A stretch of DNA of 63,883 nt, the filler included, from Hyphochytrium catenoides (lineage: Eukaryota; Protista; Hyphochytriomycota), in the NCBI GenBank assembly GCA_900088475.1. It is 5 parts of 5 records of this genome, joined end to end, with 100 filler letters (N's around TTAATTAATTAA, not from the genome) between each part and the next. Parts side by side here need not be neighbours in the genome. Positions count along the whole stretch, not along the records: positions 25,340 to 55,991 come from FLMG01002279.1; positions 56,092 to 60,427 come from FLMG01004311.1; 3 more parts are not named here. The stretch is one strand, 5' to 3'. The translations under genes and the position numbers were made by a program. The notes under the pieces were generated by a model. It ran no database searches and was not told the origin of the DNA. It was given only the letters and a program-made list of their open reading frames with translations. Below are positions 45,801 through 59,100 of the stretch, in pieces (position 1 is the stretch's first letter; the number at the start of each line of letters is the position of its first letter).

Positions 45801-48800
45801 TGGCCCAGTTGCAGATGGCGTCCACCCCATTGGCTACTCACAAGGAGGGGAAGAAGGAGGATGTAAAGGAGAACGAGGGAACAACCAACACCGTCCCGAC
45901 TGCAGGGTAGGTTCAAATGGGAATAAGAACATGGATACCAAGGTCCAGGAAGATAGAGTGGCTCATGTGAGCGAGAAGAAAAGGCGCACAGACTGCGTGA
46001 GTGGGCTCAAAGTAGAAGCGTCGAAGACTGGAATTATGAAAAGGGAGAAAGATTCATGAAAAAGAGAACATAGAGGGTCAAGGCGTAGTGCGTTCTTGCA
46101 TCTCCTGCTTGCTCTTACTTCCTGAGGTACATAGTGCCGTGAGAGCACTCGGCAGTGATGTTACTGACTATCTTCCTCTAACCACGTTCTGGCAGCTCGA
46201 CGGACGGCGAGAGTGAGGGCCGAGAAAGTGCTGAAGAAACGGGAGAAAGGAATTGCACTGAAGAAGAAAGGGAGGATGAAGCACTTCGACAAGAGCTGAT
46301 GGCGGAGGAAGGCCCAGGCGCCCTCGAAGAGTTCCCTTATGCCGCGTCGCACAAGAGACTCACAGAGTTTGACATCTATCAGTACGTTCGCACCGCTTCC
46401 TTCTCTCATAAATTGAAACCACTCTGGACCAGATGGAATTTTATGACGCTTTTTATCAGATTTCTTGAAAAAGGCTATTCCTAAGCAAGAAGATCACTAT
46501 CGTTACAGTGTCCTGCTGCGACCCAACTGACCTAGGCCCTTATAATTGTTGTCACAGACGATGGAATTCAGATACAGGGAGTCGACAGGACTCAAGGGGA
46601 AGGGGAGGGGAGAAAGGACGGCCCCGAATTCCTACCTTTTCTCCTACGCAGCCACCTTCTGCATCTGACAGTACCTATAAGTTCATGCCCTCACCAACCA
46701 CTCCCACCATTCCAGAGCTACATCACGCAGACTCGTCTCTCTCTGTCAACTCCACGAGGACCGAAGAAGACAGAAAAATGGAAGAGGAACGCAAGGCCAG
46801 GGCTGAAGTGGATGCAGAGAGGGCGCAAAAGACAGTTAGTGACTACGCCGCTCTTCTTCTAGCGCGCCTGACTGCCGAAGACGAAACGACTTCACAGTAC
46901 TCTGCCCAGCACAGCCTAAAGGCAAAAAAGGGTGGAGAGCATAGGGGCCCGCCTCGGCGCTTTTTCTCTTATGCGCGAGACCTCCATCCTGGGGAAGAAG
47001 AAGAAGAGGAGGAAGAAGAAGATGAGCTCCCTATTCTGTAAGTACAAGAGCATGAGAGAATCTTCGTTTGTCTATCTGATCTTCACTTTCAGCCCGCGCT
47101 TTTCTTCGAGTATGCCGCCCTAACAGCTGTTTCTAACGTTGTTTGTCCATCTCTCCGACTGTACTCCCTCTTCGCTTTTGTCTGTCATTACACAGGCCAC
47201 AGATGGTCCGTACGACCAATCGCAAGGGTTGGCTATTTCGCTATGGCAGTGTCTACTCTCTTCTGATGGGTCTCAAGTGGGGGCCTCTCCTTGTCGTCAC
47301 GCTCTTCCTATACTGGGGGTCAATAACAATATTTGCCCTGTTCTACTATATTGAGGTACCCGAGCCTTCTGCACTTCATATTCTTCTCCATGTCTGAGCT
47401 CTCAGCTGATAATCTCTTACAGCGGATGTTCTGTAAGGTTATATCCTTTGCGCCTCTCCTCCTCCTTGAAATGATGCTAGAAGGTTGATTGTGCTTAAGT
47501 TATCTCTCTCCACGCCTGTCCATGGCGGCCCCTCTCTATCTTGTGTCGGGTCACGCAGAAATCTCCTACTCAGCTCTTGCATGTTCGTAGGCGGAGGATG
47601 TGGGAAAGAACTTCCAGTCGGCCGAGCCTATGGGAACTTTTACCCGGTGTCTCTATTTTAGTGTGCACACCATAACCACAGTTGGGTAAGAACTGCAGAC
47701 GAGAAGCGCGGAGCGTACAGATCAGTCAAAATGTTAAGGTGCACCTTCGCAGAGGCATTCGATTGAAAGGAAGAGGGAAAAAAACATGAAGTACAATTTA
47801 TGGGGAGATGAGGAGCTGGCTGTGTGGGTGTGGGAGAGAGAGAGAGAGAGAGAGAGAGAAAAGAGTAAGAGCAACGATACAGTTTCTGACGTCTGACGCC
47901 TATTGCTGGTTAGGTACGGGATCCTCTATCCCAACCCAAGCGGCCACTTCATTAATATTCTGGTTCTGCTGGAGACCTTCACCAGTCTCTTTATTACCAC
48001 GCTCATGACAAGTTAGTAACTGCTACCCTTTGCATTTCTTCCCCCAGATCAGAGGCAGGCTTGGCACGTCGTGGCGTCGTCTCTGCTAAGCATACATGTC
48101 TTTGGAGAATCTATTGAAAGTTTGTCTGCTCTGTCTGGTTGCTCCTCCCTATAGCACCACACCAGTTTCGCCCATCTGGAACTCCACCCTACCACTTTCT
48201 CTTCAATGATTTTTAAGACAGTAATCGGTTGTGCTCTTGCTCAGGTGTTACATGGAGCAAGGCTTCCATTCCTAAGGGCAAGCTACTATGGAGTCAAGAA
48301 GTAGTCTTTGCTCGAAACCACAAGGGACAGAGGGTCATGCAGTTTCGCTGTGCAAACCTAAGACCTCTAGGAGAAATGATACAATGTTCCTTCAGGTATC
48401 CTCTTGAGGCCTGCGAATTCCGTGTTGACAAGCTTTGGCTGCCTTTGTTGCCTCTCATATTGATGCATGACTGAGTCCACAACTTCCTTCTTCACAGTAT
48501 GCTACTTCTCCGATCTCCTTCCTGTTCAACCTGTACAAACTTCCTTCAACCGCAGTTCTACCTGCAGGTCAAAGTTCTCCTCTGAGGTGCTGTTCTTCTT
48601 CGGCTATGAAATCCTCTAATTGTTGCCCTTTGATGCCCTTATCCTTTCCGCCCCCGCCCTCATATTTCGCCGATTGGCTCACGACTCTGCACGTCGTAGG
48701 GTCTGCATTGCCTCGACAAACTCGTACCATGGCCTTCGTTTGGGCCTTCAGGACCTGACTCTTACGGAGTCTAGCTTTCCAACCTTCCATCATCCAGCCC

Positions 48801-49303
48801 TTTTAGAGCATGTTATCACGAAGGATTCTCCGCTCTATGGCATATCTTTTGAGCAGCTGAGAGAGGGAGGTGAGATTCTTGCTAAACAGCTCTGTTTGCC
48901 TTACCCCGTATTTTTGGATGAGTTTATCGGCCATGGACTAGTTAGTACCAATCTCTTTTGGATCGGCTCCCAATGCAAAGAGAGACGGAGAGAGATGGGG
49001 CTAAATTAGTCATTAGCATGCAAGCAGCAACTGCTACACCACTTCTGACGCCTCTCTCTCAACTTAGGGTGCATCATCCTGGCGCTCTTTACAGGTTTTG
49101 ATACAGTGTATCATGACACAGTGTACTGCCGCCACACCTACGTCTACAAGCAGTTCACTCAGAAGAAAGCTTTCAGGAAGTGTCTTAGCTTTATTGAGGG
49201 AACTGCGGTGGTGGACTTCGCCCGATTTGACGCAATACATAGAGAGGACAGAGAAGAGGAGGAGAAACGAGAAATAGGACCGGGGGGTCTTTCACCCATC
49301 TAG
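42868..49303 (+). CDS. Tandem two-repeat inward-rectifier K+ channel (Kir-linker-Kir)
   Basis: Repeat 1: IKDGFYWLQSL, M1, SFQTFATIG|YG filter (about 43894-44110), M2 ending VFANVTRP, cytoplasmic HPIGKQSPFYG and DFSKID. Repeat 2: VYSLLMGLKW, M1, FSVHTITTVG|YG (about 47591-47920), QFRCANLR, HVITKDSPLYG, VDFARFD. Linker exons about 46197-46381 and 46558-47037 join in phase 2 at every junction. Start codon uncertain. Confidence 0.85.
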
Positions 49304-51253
49304 CGCCCATGGAAAGAAGCTCTTATAGCTTCGCCAAGGTGTACTAGGTAGGTATATAGGGCTAGTGTACGAATGTTAACCGTAGGCTGAGGATGCAGCG
49401 CTACAGAAAGCTCGTCCGCTTGCCGTTTCTCCTCTTAGGCACGTTCCGTACCATATCTGAACCCCTTTAATGCGCATACTAGCTCCCGACACATGTACAA
49501 CTAAGAATATAATACACAGCTGCTACTAGTAAACGCCTGTAAAAGCGAGTGACATGACTTGAATGACTATATCAGCCCGTCGCCTCATCATCTGCAGCCA
49601 CTCTCTGCAGACCTCAGCGCGGCTCCAGCGTCCTGCACTTTCCCCTTGTTTTTTGCTAGAGATAGGATGATACCAATGAGCAAAACAAGGCCAAAAGGCC
49701 CAACGCCGTTGGTGCCTCAGCAACAAAGAGAAGAATGCCCGCCCATGGCTCCCATCATTCCCGATAAGATAAGGCAAAACATGTACTTGTAAAACGGTAG
49801 TTGGATGAGTGTCTTGAAGCGCCGAAGGTGCGTCAACTGGCGGACTCCCAATGTTCAGACAGGGCGAGAAGTCGCTAACCGCACTACTGGTGCGTACACT
49901 TTCTGAAAGTGTTGTGTCACTAGTAAAAATACTTTGACATGCCTCGTGCGCACATTCTCTGGCGGCAAAAGAAAGGCGGACTGAGTAGTCAAATGTCCAA
50001 CCCTCCAAGTCAAAAAAGTGCTGTATAAGAAGGATGGTGGAAAGAGGAGCCGAAGGACTATCATAAAACGAATTGAGAATACCTTAGGTTGATACCTGTA
50101 ACAGGAATCGCATTAATATACCAAGGTAGGTTTTTGGACGTGGAGTCTTTGAGGCATATTGTGACACTGTCACTGTATAGCGACTATTAGAGGACACTGA
50201 GGCACAATCAAGCCAGTCAAGCTTTCAGTTGGTGCATCACGCTGACAAATAGGCTCTTGGTGGCGTATCCTCTGGTAAATTGTTCATCACCTATATAGGT
50301 AATGTGGATAAGGGCGGCATATTATTAGAAAGATGGGGGTGACCAATGTAGAGGATAAAAAAGTTAGCTCCTTCGCTGATTGGACAGGACTAGCCAATCA
50401 ACACTAAGCGGTTAATCAGTAGGGTATTATAGCCTCTCTGGGTGTCTTTAAGCCTTACAAGGCGGCCTACGTTAGGCTAATTGCGTCTGTTGATGGAATC
50501 ATGGTGGCTACAGGCTGGTCTCGCTCTCTCTCTCCGCTTGCTGGCTCTGATGATCTCTTTAGGTATCTCTTCTCTCTCTCTCCTCATCTCTCTCTCTCTC
50601 TCTCTCTCCTCTTTCTCTCCCTCTCTCTCTTTCTCTTTCTCTCTCTCTCTCACCTCCACTCTCTCTCCCTCTTCCCCCTCCTCTCTCTCTCTTTCTCTTG
50701 GTGGCTCTCTTTCTCTGTTCACCTTTCTCTCCCTTATCACACAATGAACTGTCTTGCTGGCTCTCTTTTCTTCTCTCCTTCCATCATCCTTGGTATCTTA
50801 CTCCATCTCTCATTCACCCTCTCTCTGTTCTATTTCCTATTTCCTCTCTCTCTCCATTCTCTCTCACACACTCCAGTCTCTCTATTGCTGTCTCTCACCT
50901 TCTTCTTCTCCTGTCCAGGTCCCTTCTCTACTGTGTCCGTCATCTTTCTGGCTCCTAACGCCCTCTCCTCTTCAATGCAAATTTGTATTCCTCTCAGCAC
51001 TTCAAGCACTGAGAGTACCCTCGTTGTCTCTTGCTCATCTTTGCTTTCTTACTCTCTCTTCGCAGTTCGTTCACCTGCCGCAGACAGATCAATCTCCTCT
51101 CTTCTTCCCATCACTTTGTGACAATAGCGGGCCTGCATCCGGCTGGCCTGACGCCAATTGGCGTCTTTCTGAAGCAGAACAGTGCCTTCAGCTTTAGTGC
51201 TTTGCTGTGTGACTGAGGAGGTATTGCTGTTTGTTAAGAGAAAGAGGGAAATA

Positions 51254-53622
51254 ATGGCTGACAGAGAGGAAGTACTCGAGGAGATGGTTCCTTTGCTAGG
51301 GAACATGATCGAGCCTCTCGTGCCCTATATGATCCAGCTGCTAGGTCCACTCTACCTGGTGCTGAAAAGCTTTCGACTCCATAAGAAGAGACTCCAGGTC
51401 CGTGTCGATTAGAATTTCTTCTTGAGGTTTAGCTGCTCTCATCCCCGTCCTCCCTGACGCTGTCGTCCTCTCTTCTCTCCTCCCCTGCTCTGATTCTTCA
51501 GCAGCTCCTGTTCTGTCCTCAAACTCCATCCAAGCCGAGCCTCATGGCACTCTTCTTCTCTCTTCTCGTCTCCTTGTCGTGGCCTGACGTGATGTTCAAT
51601 TTGATAGTTTCCACAAAGAATTTCTGGCCTTTCCACTTTGGAAGCTGGGGCTCCTACACGATTAGTTCCTCGACCCTTTGCTGGCGCTGGCTCTTTTGGT
51701 CTCTTCATCTCCGCCCTTCTCCCTGTCTGACGCACTCTCTCTGTCTTGTCTGTCCTGGCATATGAAAGGAGGAGATCTTTCGCTTCATTTGGGGGCCATC
51801 GGAACATCCCTTCCATGTGATCTCCTTTATCAACGGACGGAAGAGAGATGCAAAGCTCTCAGCCGTGGAATGGAGAAGCAAAACTTCTGTCCCTCGGCCA
51901 CTGCCAGAAACTGCTGGGGCCCTGCAGCTCTTCGCTGCCTACTTCCCAAGCGAAATAGAGGGGAAGCAAATCGAGTCAGAGCTGAGTAAGTCAGTTAGAT
52001 ATGGAAACAGATCAACAAAGAGAGAGGAAGAGACAGAAAGTAGAAAAGGAAAGAGGGAGCGGGAGAAAGACTGTCTATTGCGAAGAGTTAACAAGAGGGA
52101 GAGAAGGGTAGGGATAAGAGAAGATACAGAGATTTGATGCGTTGACTATTCTGCCGATTAAGGAGTCGTCAGAGTCTCTCTCCCTGACAGCGGAGCCTCT
52201 AAGCGCTCTCCATCTTCAACTGCTCTCTTCTTTCTCTCTTCTCTCTCTCTCTCTCTATGCCTCTCCCTCTGTCTTCATTGCATTGTGCCTACTCACCCTT
52301 CCAATTGCTTTTCTATCTAGGATTCCGCCTTAACGGGTTCTTCCCTCCCATGGAGATCTTGAAGTTTGCTGCTTTCTACGGGGAGATGGTATATCGAGGA
52401 TATCCGACAACTCTGCTGAGGTAGAGTGCCTTAGCAAGCCTCTCTCTGAGTTGACAGTTAGTTTCTCCCTTGCCCTATGGCATCTTGCTCCCTACTCCAG
52501 CTTGTTGCCACCTGATACCTCGTTGGTTTCTCCCAGTGTCTAGCTCCACCTCTAGCCTTTTTCCTTCTAAGACTCTTTGCTTCTTTTCTATCTCTCACTG
52601 CAGACAAGTCTTTGAGGAGCGATTTCCCCGTTCCAAGCTCTTCTTAGACAACATCATGAAATGGAAATACATCTCCTTCTATCAGGAGGAGCCTGCGCTA
52701 GGAAGCAGACCTCCAGCCTATAGGAACCTTAGGATCCGGATTCCGGCAGATAAGCAGGGCCTAAGAGAGCTCTATCCTGGGTATTCCACCTCCACTTTCT
52801 CCTCCTTCTCTCAGTTTCTTTGCTAGGGTCATTCCCAAGCCCTACTGTTACCAATTTGTATTTCTCTCCCTCTTTCTCTCTCTCCCACTCCCTCTCTCCT
52901 TTCTCCTTTTTTCCTCCGTCTCCCTGTGTCTCATCTCTTTTTCTTTCTGTTTCTTCTCTATGTCATGCTGCTCTCCTGTCCCTTCTATCGGCTGACCCAA
53001 GCTTACATAAGATCTTTCGGCCTTCCAGCCCTTAAGAGCTTTTCTTACCTCCTACCTCCTTAGAAGTCATTACCATTCTACCTTAATCGACATCGCTGTT
53101 CTTCCTGATGTTCACTTCGCCTATCCTTGCTTGCATACTCTTTTTCTATCTCTCTGACATGTTCATCTTGTTGTTGCCTGCCGCTCTTCAGTATGGGAGA
53201 GCTCCTGTCTTTCTTGAAGGAGGCGACTTTCCGCGTGATGGACGAGAGTCAGTCGAAGATGTTGGCCATGGTCAAGATCAACTCAGCAGCAGTGATGGAG
53301 ATCTCCATGTAAGCGCTACATACTTCTCTTCTCTTTCATCTTCTCCAGTTCAACCTAATCTCTGTCTCTCCAGTTCAAGCTATTCTCTGTCTCTTCACTT
53401 CTCTCTGTTTTCTTTATTTCTCCATCTTCAAGCTCCTTCTCTTCCTTGTACCCTCTTTTCTCTTAATGGACCTTGCCTGAGAGTCTGATGCCTTCAGTGC
53501 TAACCGCCTTCTCCTGCCAAATATTGCCTTGCACTACGGCTCACAGGACTGTGAACAAGGACGGCCTTGTGTGGCTGGATACTGATGGCAATGTATATCT
53601 TACCTCGTCTCTTTCTGNNNNN

Positions 53623-53662
<40 letters not shown>

Positions 53663-54051
53663 CCTGCAGTTTTCTTAGCTACGCCCCTACGCTTCTTGAT
53701 CCTGCTTGCCTGTGCTGTATCAGTTGGTCTTTTCCGTCTCTACTCATCTCTTCTGCCTCTTTCCTCTTCGTATCTCTGGAATCTCACGTTTGTCTCCTTC
53801 CTCAGACTCTTCTTCAACGTGGTGCACCAGTACCTTTTACCGTTGGAGACGGTGGACGTCTGATTGTGCTTGTGGAGGCCAAAATTCAAGTCGCTCTTAT
53901 TCTCTCTGTAGCTCTTCCTAACATTGTCATCCAACTTGACTATGATCTTGAGCGGTGGGATCATACCTGCTGTCGGTCGCCCGTCCGTCTTCTTCGCTAT
54001 CTCATCTCTCTCTCTTTCCCTCGTTCTCCTTTCTGTCTCTCTCTCTCTCTG

Positions 54052-54088
<37 letters not shown>

Positions 54089-55923
54089 TTCTTTCTTTCC
54101 TTCTTCCTATCTCTCTATCTCTCTCTGTGCCTTTCTTCTGTTTCATTCTCTTGTCTGTAGCAGATGTTCCTCCTCATTGCATCTCTGCGGACATATCAAG
54201 TATTAGTTCCTTAGCCCATCACCTGATTTCAAGGACGATGTCAACCTCAGTCTCTTATCTCTCTCTCTCTATCTGTTTTTCCTTTCTCCCATTTCTTTCT
54301 GTCCCTTCTTTGTTGCGCAGGCACTCTAAAGGGATGGACGTCTACTTCTTCATTTCCCTTCTGGACATTGCTTCCTCTTTCACTGATAAAATGGCAGACC
54401 CTGTCTTCCCTGTCTCCAGAGTTAAGAGAATGTTGAAAGAGTCGCTCGAAGTCAGAGCGACGCTTAAAATGGGACCGATGGGAGACGAATGTAAGATATA
54501 ACTTGGGCTCCATTGTATGCCATCTGCTCTTCTCTGTCAGATGTACCCATTGGAGACCCTAAACGTCCACTTGGTCTGCCATTCCTTCAACTATCCCTGT
54601 CTTTTTCTCTTCCCCTTGGTATCTCTGTCTCTCTCTCTGTCTCTCTCTCTCTGTTTCTGCGGGCATGCTTGTACTGTCATTCACTCTGTTCATCTGCCTC
54701 TTTCGGTGCACTGTCTGGCAGCCTCTCCATCAGTCTCTCGTCTCCTCTTTTGGACGCTTTATTCCCTGACTTACACGGTTCCAATCGCCTATGCTGGATC
54801 CTTAGGCGGGCGTTTGACTATCAAGAAAGAGAAGGAAGTAAAGGAAGAAGACAATAATAGATCCACTGGCGGGTTCATGCGCACTCTTTCTATGCGGGCA
54901 GTAGCATCACAAAAGACTGTGGCGGCTAGTACGGACCTGTGGGTGTTAGGGGTAGACGCAGACTTCAACGTAAGCCTCTTATGCCTTCGGTCTTTCTTCT
55001 CTCTCTCTCTCTTTCTCTCTCACACAGTGTGTATGTGTCTCTCTTTCTCCTAGTTTCTCTGTCTCTCTTATTTTCTCCGTATCTTCTTGCTCTCTCTCCC
55101 TCTCTGTCCTTCCTATATATATATAGAGGGACGATCTTTCCATATTTCAACCCCACTTTCCTGCCTTCTCATTGTCCTGAAGCTCCGGGGGCTTTCCGGC
55201 CACAATGACAATTTTGTCCATCCTAAGACGTCGTCTTTCGATAAACCTGCTGTTTCCTCTCTCTCACGTCCTTCTCTCTTCCTGCGGCGCCCTCCGATAC
55301 CTCAGTGGGTGAACCACATTCCAGCCATCTTCTCAGCATTCCTGCGCGGTTACCTAGGAAAGTTGCTGGTAGATCTCATGGAGATACTCTATGACTTCTT
55401 TAGAGCGTCATATGTGGATTTCCTGAGACTCTATGAGGTGAGACGATGCAGCTAGACAGAGAAGAAAAGAGCTGAGAACTGGGAAAGGAAGGCGAGAAAA
55501 CGCTATGTTGACCTGAGCGCAGTGCATCTCATCCATCTTTCCTCTCTTTCCTCTACGACCCACGTTGTCTCGCTTTCTTTTCTCTGTTCTCTCCCCTGGT
55601 TATGAATCAACTTCCACCTCCAGGAAACTCGGGTCACAACCTTCGAGGAGGCATTGTCTCGCACTATGTCCCGCGTCCAGCTCCGTCCATCCGAAGGCAG
55701 AAGAAAGAGCGTAGACATCGATGAGGAAGAGATAACCTCCGGCGAAGTTGTAGGAGAGTTCGACAAGCACAAGAGCGTTGGAGAGATGGAAGGAGAGAGA
55801 AAGCACCAGCTTGTTTGGCTCATCTTCTTGGGCTTGTTGGGCTTCGTTTTGAACTATCTTTATCTACAGCTATCCTCACAGGCGACCTCTATTTATATTC
55901 TTGTTGCTAGTTGGATGAGATGA
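51254..55923 (+). CDS. Hypothetical multi-exon protein with a C-terminal transmembrane segment
   Basis: Phase-compatible exons from ATG 51254 (MADREEVLEEMVPLL...; RFRLNGFFPPME; QVFEERFPRSKLFLD; GLRELYPGMGELLSFLKEATFRVMDE; WVLGVDADFN; WVNHIPAIFSAFLRGYL) ending LVWLIFLGLLGFVLNYLYL..WMR*. Some internal junctions (53890-54810) are unresolved. No family recognised. Confidence 0.7.
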
Positions 55924-55991
55924 TAACGAATATATGCACTGCAGAACTGAATGAGAGATCATGTCCTACCTTTGCTCTCTCTCTCTCTCTC

Positions 55992-56091
55992 NNNNNNNNN
56001 NNNNNNNNNNNNNNNNNNNNNNNNNNNNNNNNNNNTTAATTAATTAANNNNNNNNNNNNNNNNNNNNNNNNNNNNNNNNNNNNNNNNNNNN
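55992..56091. other. Artificial contig-joining linker
   Basis: N44-TTAATTAATTAA-N44. Confidence 0.97.
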
Positions 56092-56144
56092 ATGCTTTCT
56101 GAAAACGAACTCCCAGCGCCTCTACTTCTGACTTCACTATACAG

Positions 56145-59100
56145 TACAAGCTGCTCCGTCTTCTAAAGTTGATGACCTTACCCGTTCGTTGATAGGGAGC
56201 GGCGACAATTACGTCCAGAGAGAGCAGGTCCTAAAAATGGGCTTGGAAAGCAGTCTTTTCCCCATCCCTGCTGGCGAGGATTGGCTCTCGCCCGCCCAGA
56301 GAGCGCTCGTTAGAGAGCGGTTTATGGATGAGGTGGAGGAGGTTAGAATGGCGCGAATTTCCGATGCCTACCGGGGACTAGGGGAGGTGATAAATCTGTA
56401 CCTCCTCTGGTACTTCCAAAAGGAGGAGAAGGTGATGATGGGGGGTGATGATCAGGAGGGGAATTCACCACCAGTGCCGCCAATGACGGACCTCAGCGAC
56501 CCAAAAACCTTTATTGAGCTCATTCACCTCTGTCGGGCCGAGTTTTGGGTAGAAGATGAAGCAGGTTCTTCAACGATCCTCCACCAAAAGCGCAGGAAGA
56601 GGAAAGTAAGCCCATCGGTGCTTGCGTTTATGGTAAGTAGTGATAATGGTCTCATTGCCATTCTCAGGTCGCCATTCTATATGTGTACTCGCTTGGTCTT
56701 CTCATTGCCATTTCTTTTTTAATCATCATCATTAATTCGCTGTGGTACCACTGCTTATTAGTGGCCAAGATTTTTTTCTTTTTGGCGTTTGTGCTCATTT
56801 GAAGAATGAAGGAGCGAGAGTAGTTGCCTTTCCTCTTCCTCTATCAACCTCTCTTCTCCTCTCCGTGTTGTCCTCCTCCACTAACACAAGTGGATGTATC
56901 CTTCTTCAGACCGCATTAGAGTCAGGGGAAGATGGCCTTTCCCCTGACCTCTTTCAGAAATTTGCAAAAAGCTTAGAGGATGAAAATGCGGTAACAGCAA
57001 CTGCCAGACAGTTGCACACCAACTTCCTAAACGCACTAAAGGTATTGTATGGTTCTTTTGCCGATCTCTTTACTCTTCCCCCAAAGCTTGCTCTATGAGC
57101 TGATATTCTTACCTATCTTCATATTCTTGCTTTTTCTCAACCTCTGTCTCTCTTTATATTCCTCCCAGCAACTCTTTGTGGACGGCTAGCCATCATATTA
57201 TCAGGATGCGTTTGTCAACTATTCCTTTTTTGATCCTGATCACTCTCAATTACGCCACCTATTTTGAGTGATGGATTAGACGACTCACTATTCTCTTTCA
57301 CTTAACCATATTCATCGAGGGACCCTTCTTCGAGCGCCAATTGGGGTATATCCGTGTCGCTCTTGCGCACCACCACCTGCAGGAGAGGGAATTGTTGAGG
57401 ATCCGTCAAATCATCAACAATTGGCCCCAAACCGTCGTCCAGACGGTAAACATCGAAGAAGATAACAGCGACGATGAGGTGAGGACAATATGAAGTCACT
57501 CTTTGTTCTTCTGCCTCTTTTCCTCTGTGCTTCTTTTGTAGCACAACAGGCAAACCTACAATAGCCCTGGAATAAGTGCCCCTCTTTTTGGCCCGCCTCC
57601 TAAATTTTGCTGTCACTATTCATCATCAGGAGCTCGGTGATGCTAACCAAGGGGCTTCTTCTTCATCATCGAACTACGATGTGGCAGCTGCCGCTGCGAT
57701 TGCCTTTCCGGATCGACCGGAGCTGATCGCCTTCATTCGGGAAGAGCGGGCGGCCTTCTTGCTGGGCTTCTCATCGAAGAAGAAGAAGGTCAAAGTAAAA
57801 AAGAATCCATCATTGCTTCTCCACTTATTACAGTCTGATTGCCCTTGCCCACAATCATTCTCCTGGCGCTTTGATTCGTCCTCGCTTGATTGACTTATAA
57901 TCCCATTTGCATTTGGAATTAACATTTGCATCATTTCTTTCTCTTCTACAATGCGCTAAATAGTACCGGGTTGTGCTAATTTTATTGACTACCTCAATCT
58001 AATAGGTGGGAGTAAGGCTATCTCGCGTACTCATAAAGTCCCACCCGAACTACTTCCTTCGAGTCCTGCGACGATTCCAGATCGCCATTTTCAGGTCTTT
58101 GGCGGAAAGACCTGTGAGGGCGAGACAAGAAGGAGGAATTCGTCAACCGAGGGCACAACGTCGTCGGAGCAAAAGGAGGCGAGGGAAAGAGAGAAGAAGC
58201 AGAAGGAGAGAGAGGAGAGAGAGAAGAAGGAATAGGAGATCAAAGGGCTTCCGCAAGGAGGAAGCTGTGCGCCAGAGCTCTGAGCCTGCTGTCGCGTCAG
58301 CAGCAATAGCTCCTTCTCTTTCATCTCTTCCTGCCCAAGAGCAAGAGCGAGTGGAAGCGGAAAGAAGAAGGCGCATGAGAGAACGGTGAGTGCAAAGGAT
58401 GGCTCTTTGCACAGCTGTCTTTGTCATCCTCTGGTCCTCCTCCCTCCCACTCTTCAACAGCTCCTTGTTGTACAAAAAGCCCCTAATACTAGCCATCTTG
58501 TCCTCTACTTTGATGTTGAAAAAACGTTAGCCGGCGCGAGAAGCAGCGAAGAAAGCGACGGCGTCGGAGGGAAAGGCGACAGAGGTCCGCGGAGATGGAT
58601 AATAGGTAGGCGCTTGAACACTAAATCGAATGAGAGAGTGGCAGAAGCAGCGCAGATGCTAATACTTTTTGCATAACGGCCTGTTGTTTGTTATTGCTTT
58701 TAGTGGAGCTCATCAGGACGACGAGAGCAAACCCACTCCCTCATCCGGCTCTGAAGTGAAGAAGAAGAAGTCCGACAGACAGGCAAAGGGCCCCAAGATG
58801 TTTACCCTAGCACCCCTCCCGGGCTTTGGTCGACATCATCTACGCATGGATGTTCGGGTATTACTGTAAGTCGCATTACGAAGCAGCACCAGCTTTTTTC
58901 TTTTCATTCAAAGCCTAGCTCTCCTCCTCAACCCATTTCCTCTCCTTTCAATAATATTCTGCAAAAACGATGCCAGCAATCTTCTAGACCTCACGAGGGC
59001 GGGACACTCTAAGGAGCTATGGCGCTTGGTCTTTGACCTGAGGCCAAATCGGTCACGTCAAGGCTCCGGTAATCCACGAATGTTTGGAGGTAACCATTAC

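Noticed and set aside
49526-50008. 160-aa minus-strand ORF
   Set aside because: Non-ATG start, no recognisable motif and no supporting exon structure.
50335-50410. Three CCAAT/ATTGG boxes as a promoter for the 51254 gene
   Set aside because: Short motifs expected by chance, and no TSS evidence.
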